This document shows positions 56,701 through 64,000 of a stretch of 64,000 nt of DNA, in pieces (position 1 is the stretch's first letter; each line of letters begins with the position of its first letter). A program made the position numbers and the translations under genes. Origin of the DNA: Paramecium tetraurelia (Eukaryota). The notes below the pieces were generated by a model that saw nothing but the letters and a program-made list of their open reading frames with translations, was not told the DNA's origin and did no database searches. The stretch covers positions 124,001 through 188,000 of the forward strand of contig CT868096.1 of NCBI GenBank assembly GCA_000165425.1. The letters are read 5' to 3'.

Positions 56701-56973
56701 GAGATTAAATTTAAAACTTTGTAGGAGGAATCTCAGTTTATTTGGGATAAGATTGTGAATAAGAATTACGCATTCACTGAGATTTAGGATGTGATCAGAT
56801 ATTTAGATGATGCATTCCCATAGAAACTTAGAGAATGTGCCAATTTGGTTATGCAAGGGAAAATGAGTGTTCAAGTGTTTGCTGTAGATTAATCAATTGA
56901 AAACACTGAGGGGATTTAGAGTTTAGAATAGTTAATTGATCAAGATGTTTATGAATGTTTTTTTACATTGTGA
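53725..56973 (+). CDS. Insulinase (M16 peptidase)-like protein, predicted inactive, with an N-terminal membrane anchor
   Basis: TM AIVILILVFMVGLSGFGLL; ELQNGIKVLFI..LNIGKQNDPQDKPGLTELLFRCL at the position of HXXEH; LPSISPFLPENL; SSVLNYYQTG. Confidence 0.75.
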
Positions 56974-57048
56974 TTTTTGTTCTAATATAATTAAATATGT
57001 TATTAAAAACTAAAGGTGATGTTGATGATAACAATTTAGATCGAATGA

Positions 57049-58736
57049 ATGAGTAAATATTCTAGAATTTATGAGAGTGATGAAACTACAAATCTAGTGG
57101 TTCCACAATTTCCAGAGTTCAAGCATCCTGGATAAGGGAAACAAGTTCTAATGAGACCTGCAAGTAAATAATTCTTGAACTCGCCATCAAAGTTGGAAGA
57201 CTCATTATCAGGAAGCACAAAGATCACCTAGGTGAATGTAAGTATTGTTCACTATTAAGAGTGCCGGACATGCCTATGATTACATCGTTAATCGCTTTCT
57301 CCAGACCATCAAAAAACATCTAACTTCACCTCAAAGGTATAAGCACTTATCTATACAAGATCTGAAGTGGAGGGACAAATTATTCGAACCTTGATTTCAC
57401 AGCAAACCAAATTATAATACATGCTTCATATTGATTGGGCTAAATATTATACTAGTTATTTGTAACACATAAATACAAAGGTACCAGGACCTATAAATAA
57501 CTAACCTTTCTTTGCTGACTAATGTTCTACAGAAGCAATTTACAAGCCAAATTTAAAATAAGACGTGGATTTTGTCTTGCTTAATCGAAATACTTGGGTG
57601 TTCATTCATTGTTTATATGGTGGAGGACCTGAAGTCTCAGTTTAAGATTATAGCAAAGGAGAGGGATTTGAGAATTCAACTCATAAACCTACTTTATCGA
57701 GAGTGAGTTCACTGTAGTCAGGATTGGTAGATACTGTTTCATATATGAGTATCACTCTGCCTTTCCAAAAATCTCAATTTGAATTGCCTCCTATTGGATT
57801 TTATAACGAATCTAATTACTGCTTTATGCATGCAGCTATATAAACTCTGTTGTCAGTTGAATAAATAAATTGTTGGATGATGAATGAAGGGAAGAATATA
57901 GCCAATCAATAATCAGACAAGTACCGATGGTTAAATGCTTATTTAGAAATAATCACAATTGCAGTTAACAAAAAGGCAGGAGCCTTTATTAAAATTTAGT
58001 TATTAAAGTAATTGATAAAAAGTAAATTTGACCCCCGTCAATAACATGATTCCCAAGAATTCTTAAGATACTTCATAGAGTAGTTGACTGTAGAAATCTA
58101 AGGGTAATTCAAGTATGATTAGCCAATCACAGAGATTGTCTTTCAGGGATAGATGATGTCCCTGATCAAATGCGATTAATGCAACCAATAATCCACTAAA
58201 TTTGAATCATTTTTGGATTTATCTTTGCCAATGAATAAGTTGCAAACCTTAGAAAAGTGTTTAAAGTTATTTTTTGCTTAAGAGATCCTTAGTGATCACT
58301 ATTAATGTGAAAACTGCTATAATGAAACCAGGGCAGTTAAAAAATATGTAATTGGTACACCTCCTCTGTATTTGATGATACATTTAAAGAGATTTCAGGT
58401 ATATCCCAATAGGATTAAGTTGAATGGACATGTGAGATTCCCAATCAGTCTTGATGTTTAAGAGTAAACTACAATTCTAAAATAATGATAGATTTTGTTC
58501 CATAAAAGCCAAATATAAATTAAGATCGATCATTGTTCATTAAGGAACACCTGAAAGAGGCCATTATGTTACATTTTCATCGAGACAAGATCAGGTAAAG
58601 AATAATTAGTATTTAATAGTGGTATTATTTTGATGATCACAAAATATATTTGGTTACAGAACAAGATGTTTTGTAGCAATAGGCATATGTATTGATATAT
58701 GAAAAAGTTGAAGAATATCTTATTGACATGTAATGA
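57049..58736 (+). CDS. Ubiquitin-specific protease (USP/C19) with a DUSP-like N-terminal region
   Basis: Cys box GFYNESNYCFMHAAIQTL, QQHDSQEFL, IHLKRF, His box VHQGTPERGHYV, WYYFDD; DUSP-like PGPINN...YGGGPE. Confidence 0.92.
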
Positions 58737-58799
58737 CTATATTATTAAACTATATTGATTTTCCAAATGTTCTATTTGCTTTTAATAATTAAAGTACAA

Positions 58800-59489
58800 A
58801 TGTTTCAAGGAATCAACAATTTTGTGAATTCTTTTGCTACTCCAAAAGTATAGGATTTCTATTCGAAAGGATGGCTAACACCAGAATAGTTTGTCGAGGC
58901 TGGAGATCAATTAACTATGACTGGATGGCAATGGAAGAAAGCTCAAGTAAAAAAAGGTGTAGATCCTCCCCATCCAGAAAAGATGTATCTCATAGCCAAT
59001 GCGACATCTTAAACACGTATCAAAGAGTTTTTGTCCTTTGATTTCTAAAACAACCAAGGACAAGACGGTTTTCTGTGTGTGGATATGAGTAAAAAGCAAT
59101 AGTAAGCTTTGAATGAACAAGAGACTCGAGTCTATACAATCTCTATCACATATGACCGTAAATATCATTGTCCAAGATTATGGCTGTAAGGAGTGGCATT
59201 AAACTCTGGGTTACCTTTAAAACATTAAGAAATTTACGAAGACATCATGAGCGTCTATTAGAATGAAACAGTAACAGTAGAGGAACATCCCTATCTTCAT
59301 TATTAATAAGTAACAATACATCCATGCAATCATTCAACAACAATGAAGGCTTTCCTAGACAAAGCAAAATAAAATGGAGCAGAGATTAAGCCAATGCAGG
59401 CATTGTTCATCTTCTTGAAATTTATGCAATCAGTAATGCCCACAGTAGTATATGACACAACAATTGATATATGTTTAGGTGTTGATTGA
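58800..59489 (+). CDS. ATG3: Autophagy E2-like enzyme ATG3 (short, 229 aa, intronless)
   Basis: GWLTPEQFVEAGDQL, RVYTISITYDRKYHCPRLWL, TVTVEEHP, catalytic IHPCNH, LFIFLKFMQSVMPTVVYD. Confidence 0.93.
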
Positions 59490-59508
59490 TAATATAATAA
59501 TTATAATT

Positions 59509-60768
59509 TCACATCAAACAGCCTCCATCTTTGCTTTCAGACACTCTGCAATTTTGGAGACAAATAACATCCCTTAAAAATAATTCATTATCTATTATCA
59601 CACATGGTCCTAAAAATTAAACCTCACCTTCAATTCTACACCAATATCCTATAATTGTATTGTAGCAGATTATTGAATTAGAAATAAATGAGAAATTCTA
59701 TAATTTACAATGAAAATTACCTTGACTTCAACACCATCCAATAGAATTGAATTCTTTATACGAACTCCCTCCCCAATGTCACAACCAGCACCTATAACTA
59801 CATTACTGCCTAATTTGGCAGTGGGATGAATTTTAGCACTCTTATGAATCAATACTCCCTCTCCATTAATTTCAAACTCAGGATTTTTGAATAAGAAAGG
59901 ATTTTACCTATAATATTGGAGCAGCAGTCTATTTGCATTTAGAAGGTCAGTTGTTGATTTAATTGATTGCCAGAATCCTGTATGTTCATATACAAAAACT
60001 CGATCCCTTTCTGTCAATTTTAAGACATCATTCTCTAATGACAAGTAAGACTTATCCAAATCTGTGCTTCTTTTTATATACTTAACAAATGGTTAATCTT
60101 AAAGTTCTTCACTTAAATTGGCTTCTTTTTTTGCCTTAACATTCAAGATTGTTGTTTAGAATGATTAATTAAAGAGGTATACTCCACAATTTACCAAATT
60201 TGAAATATATTATTCTGGCTTCTCTGCATGATGTATTAATTAATCTGTATTAGGATCCTTAATCAAACATCCATAACGAGTCGATTCTTCTTTGGATACT
60301 CTAACCGTCATTATACTGCAAATACCAGATTTACTAATTTTGATATCCAATATAAATTACTTCTTATGATATTCATAGAATTTCTAGGCTTACAAATCAC
60401 AACAAATATCTGAATGCACTACCAAAAGATCTTAGAGTTAATTTGTGTAAAATACCCTCAACTTCTTCAAATAATACATCTAAATTTTATGCTAATCCAC
60501 CTGCTGTTCCCATTTCTCTCTATTCTTAGACGTAATATATATGTTTGCCATACAATTTTTAGTATTGCTCTTAAAATTGTTAGAAACACTTCTTATCATA
60601 ATAACCCATAAGAACAAAATCCTTCAAATTTGGCATTTTATGAATTGAATTCAAAAGATGACCAATTATTTCAATCCCGCTAACTGGAAATAATGGAGAT
60701 GCTTATTCATATGCTCCGTAACTTGCTTTTCTACTTGGACCACCTAACAAGATTACCGCCCTGATCAT
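59509..60768 (-). CDS. Mannose-1-phosphate guanylyltransferase alpha-like (GMPPA-like) protein
   Basis: MIRAVILLGGPS...PLFPVSG, EMGTAGG, VHSDICCD, HHAEKP..ISNLVNCGVYLF, LSLENDVL, FWQSIKS, C-terminal left-handed beta-helix IHKSAKIHPTAKLGSNVVIG. Confidence 0.85.
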
Positions 60769-60843
60769 TTATTTTATTTAGATAAAAAAGTATATTTTTT
60801 AGTTATTTATTTTCAAAGAATCCAAATTGATTGTCAAATTAAA

Positions 60844-62941
60844 ATGGATTGTTTAAAATTTAGAAAGGAAAAATTGTATCAACAGACACTCCTCAATACT
60901 AATGAAACTAGATTCAGTGATAAAGAACTAAATGTGCTTAGAAAAAGGTATATTGTTTATACATTAATTTATTTAGATTCATCTAAATGACTAATGGTTG
61001 TAAAAACATCAATTAGGAATAATTTAAATCAAATTTAGATGTATTGGGATTGGAGTCAATATCCTGTTTGGGAGATGCCTTATTTTAAGCGATGGATATC
61101 AATTTAGATGGCCACATTGAATTTGAAGAATTTGTAGCCTACTTTGATAAAATAACATACGGAACCTAAGAAGAAAAGGCAGAAATATCTTTTCGTATCA
61201 TCGATCAAAGGAGAAACGGTTACATCACCTATAAGGACTTCAGTTTTTGTATGTAATAGTTAATAAAGTCATATACTATTATGAAAGGGACAGATTTGAC
61301 AGATGATATTCTTGATCATATGGAAAAAAGATAGTAGCAAATATTCAATTTAATAGACATAAATAAAGATTAAAAAATTTCATTATAAGAATATATAATA
61401 GCCTTAACGAGAAATCCGTAGGTTTTGGATATTTTTGAATTTTTGAGAAAAGGAGTAACTCAAACAATAAAAGAGAGTTAACACAAGAGAGATTAGAAGA
61501 TGCTTAACTAGTTTGATTAACTAAGGGCCCAGACTGCCCTCATACTAAACTCTGTTCATGGGTAATAAGATAGATCTCTCCATTTATCAAAGCATTTATC
61601 TTAAAATTCAAAATATGGAGTAGATGTTTTATTTGACGAAGCTGAAATCTCAGAAAGTGTATCAGAGATAGATGAGATGAGTATGATTGATTAAATGTCA
61701 CATGATTAATTAAAGCTTAAATTTAAAGAAATGTACTCATAACTGTAAAAATTACATTAAGATACTGAAAACTCTTTGAACAAAATGGAGAGTTTATATC
61801 ATGAAAAATTAGAGTGTGACGAGATCTAAGAATAAATCCTTATCAAATAAGTGTCCATAAACAATAATAAATACAAAAAGTCTTCTGTATAAATTGGCAA
61901 TGAAATATGGGACTTAGTTATAAATATGATGGTAGGTATACAAATGGCAGTAAAATCTTCGAATGCTGTAGTTGAAACCTTTATTTCAACTGCGGATTTT
62001 GATATAAAATAATGTTTTGAACTAATTTCTCATTAAAATAAAGATAAATGCAAATTCTATGATTATGCACCTAAGGTCTTTAACTAAATCAGAAGACTAT
62101 AGATGATCGATAATGACAATTATCTAAATAGTATTGGCCCTGAAAATCTTTTATTTAGTTTTATGTAAGGTGATCTTAGCACCTTAACTGAGTTAACTTC
62201 AACTGGGAAAAGTGGAAGTTTCTTCTATTTTTCATAAGACGGATTGTACACGATAAAAACAATATCTGAGAAAGAGTTTTTATTATTCAGAAAAATACTA
62301 AGCAATTACTTCTACTATTTGAAAAATTGCCCAAATTCTCTTATAATTAAGCTCTATGGTTTACATAAAATAAGCATAAATGGCAGAAAGATCTTCTTCA
62401 TTGTAATGGGAAACGTATTTAAGACCGAATTTTAAATCCACAAAAAGTATGATCTCAAAGGTAGTACATATAAAAGAACTACTCAATAAAATCTTGATCC
62501 AGATGTAGCTCGTAAAGATTTGGATTTTATGGCTAACAATGAAATAATCTCAATCGATCCAAAAAAACAATAAGAACTTTTAGAATAAATAGAAAAAGAT
62601 TCAGAATTTTTATCGGATAATAATCTATTAGATTACAGTTTATTAATAGGAATTCATATTATAGAGGACAAAAAGGACATTTAGATGATTGCTAATGCTA
62701 ATGACATAAAAATTATAAAGTCTAACGATTAAACTAAAATCTTCTTTTTCGGCATAATAGATATACTAACAGAATTTGAGTAATTAATTTTAATACTATT
62801 TTTAGTACTTCAAAGTAAATGGAATCATTCTTTAAAAAAATCTTTTAAGGCCCATAAATTTCAGCTATTCCTCCTAAAGATTATTCTTAAAGATTCAAAA
62901 ACTTCATGAGTTAAATATTAACTCAACAGAATTTTTATTGA
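60844..62941 (+). CDS. EF-hand (NCS/recoverin-like) domain fused to phosphatidylinositol-4-phosphate 5-kinase
   Basis: DINLDGHIEFEEF, DQRRNGYITYKDF, DINKDQKISLQEY; kinase KFYDYAPKVF, STGKSGSFFY, IKTI, MGNVF, YDLKGS, LLDYSLLIG, FGIIDIL. Confidence 0.92.
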
Positions 62942-62989
62942 TTTTTTGATAAAAAAAATATAATTATATCATAAATTTAGTCAAAGTTA

Positions 62990-63780
62990 CATGATTTGAA
63001 TTAATGTAACTGATCAATATATTGTATTCTATCCAAGATAATATTTCAAAGCTGTAATTACATTAATATGTAGTATTCAATTAATAAAATTATTTATAGT
63101 GTATTTGATATTAAATTTGATGAATTTAGGCGGTTGTAAGAAGATTGTATATTAAATCTTGAGTTTCACAAATAGATTATGAGATATCTGTAGAAATTTA
63201 AAACAATTTTTATGATTATAAGTGAATCATTTTTATTTTTTATCCCAGCACCTTAAGGCTGTTAAAATATTCTAGAATATGCTAGGGTCTTTTTTATCTG
63301 GTTGAGCTTTTAATACTTTGGGTGACTAATTGGAATAACATATTTACATCTGAAACTTGTAAACTTACTTATTATTGTTAAGTTTATTACAATTAATAGA
63401 TCAATTTCGACTTTTCTTCATCATCCTGCATGAGATTAATTATTTCGTCAGCCATTTTAGGATTTTTTTTCAGTTACTGACCGGCCATGATTGTTAGAAA
63501 TTAATGAACCAATGGGATTCCAGATTCTAATGTTCTATGTATTAAAGTTGAAAAATACTACAATATCCTCTTTAACACCATTATTAAATTGCCACTGCTC
63601 CAATTTGAATATCCTTTGTAACAATAAATAATAATAATCTTTGATGAAGCCATTCATACAATTCATCTTCATCCATAAATTCCAAATCAGGTTTTGGAGG
63701 TTTACTTAAATCAGGAAAAAAACTAAAAATATATAAACACTCTCTAACTTATTCAAAAATTGCTATATTTCTTTATTCAT
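62990..63780 (-). CDS. Hypothetical protein
   Basis: Coding-like code-6 segments (PDLSKPPKPDLEFMDEDELYEWLHQR; MAGQQLKKNPKMADEIINLMQDDEEK) separated by putative tiny introns; 3' end uncertain. Confidence 0.45.
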
Positions 63781-64000
63781 ATTAATAATAATTTAATAAA
63801 AATTGATCTCTAAATTATAAACTCAAATCACTAAACTTTATATACATATATATTACTATTCAATCATTCCTTATTAAATCTTAATTTCTATTTTAGAACA
63901 CTTATTTAACATTTAGTTCATCATTCTTAAAGCAATTATTATTAACTACTGGAGATTCTTAAATATTGGCTAGCGCTTAAATATCTTTTTCGATTTCTTT

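Overview
Very AT-rich, gene-dense eukaryotic DNA that reads as a ciliate macronuclear chromosome segment, almost certainly Paramecium. TAA/TAG encode Gln, TGA is the only stop, introns are 20-35 nt GT..AG, and the window carries the parafusin/pp63 phosphoglucomutase gene. The supplied ORF track uses the standard code, so it only catches fragments and antisense artefacts; I re-translated by eye with code 6. About 30 protein genes and one tRNA-Glu(TTC) are supported. They include a TRANK1-like UvrD/TPR helicase, p24, a PP4R1-like HEAT protein, parafusin, a SIN1-like protein, a PKA-R-like protein, PX-WD40, AP-sigma, a switch-less Rab-like protein, COX19, a Bdp1-like SANT protein, DRC10, an RCC1 protein, two MORN proteins, MATE, two tandem ~1650-aa PAS/transmembrane proteins, an LRRC56-like protein, a Q/N/E-rich protein with a ~31x60-bp coding repeat, an MFS transporter, an inactive insulinase-like protein, a USP, ATG3, a GMPPA-like protein and an EF-hand-PIP5K. 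I saw no CRISPR array, transposon or telomeric repeat, and no clear multi-gene novel system. The best leads are individual oddities: several apparent pseudo-enzymes, start codons only 7 bp apart, a frameshift or nascent intron inside a coding minisatellite, and a helicase with a possible RelE-like N-terminal domain. CDS coordinates span introns and were read manually, so some ends are approximate.
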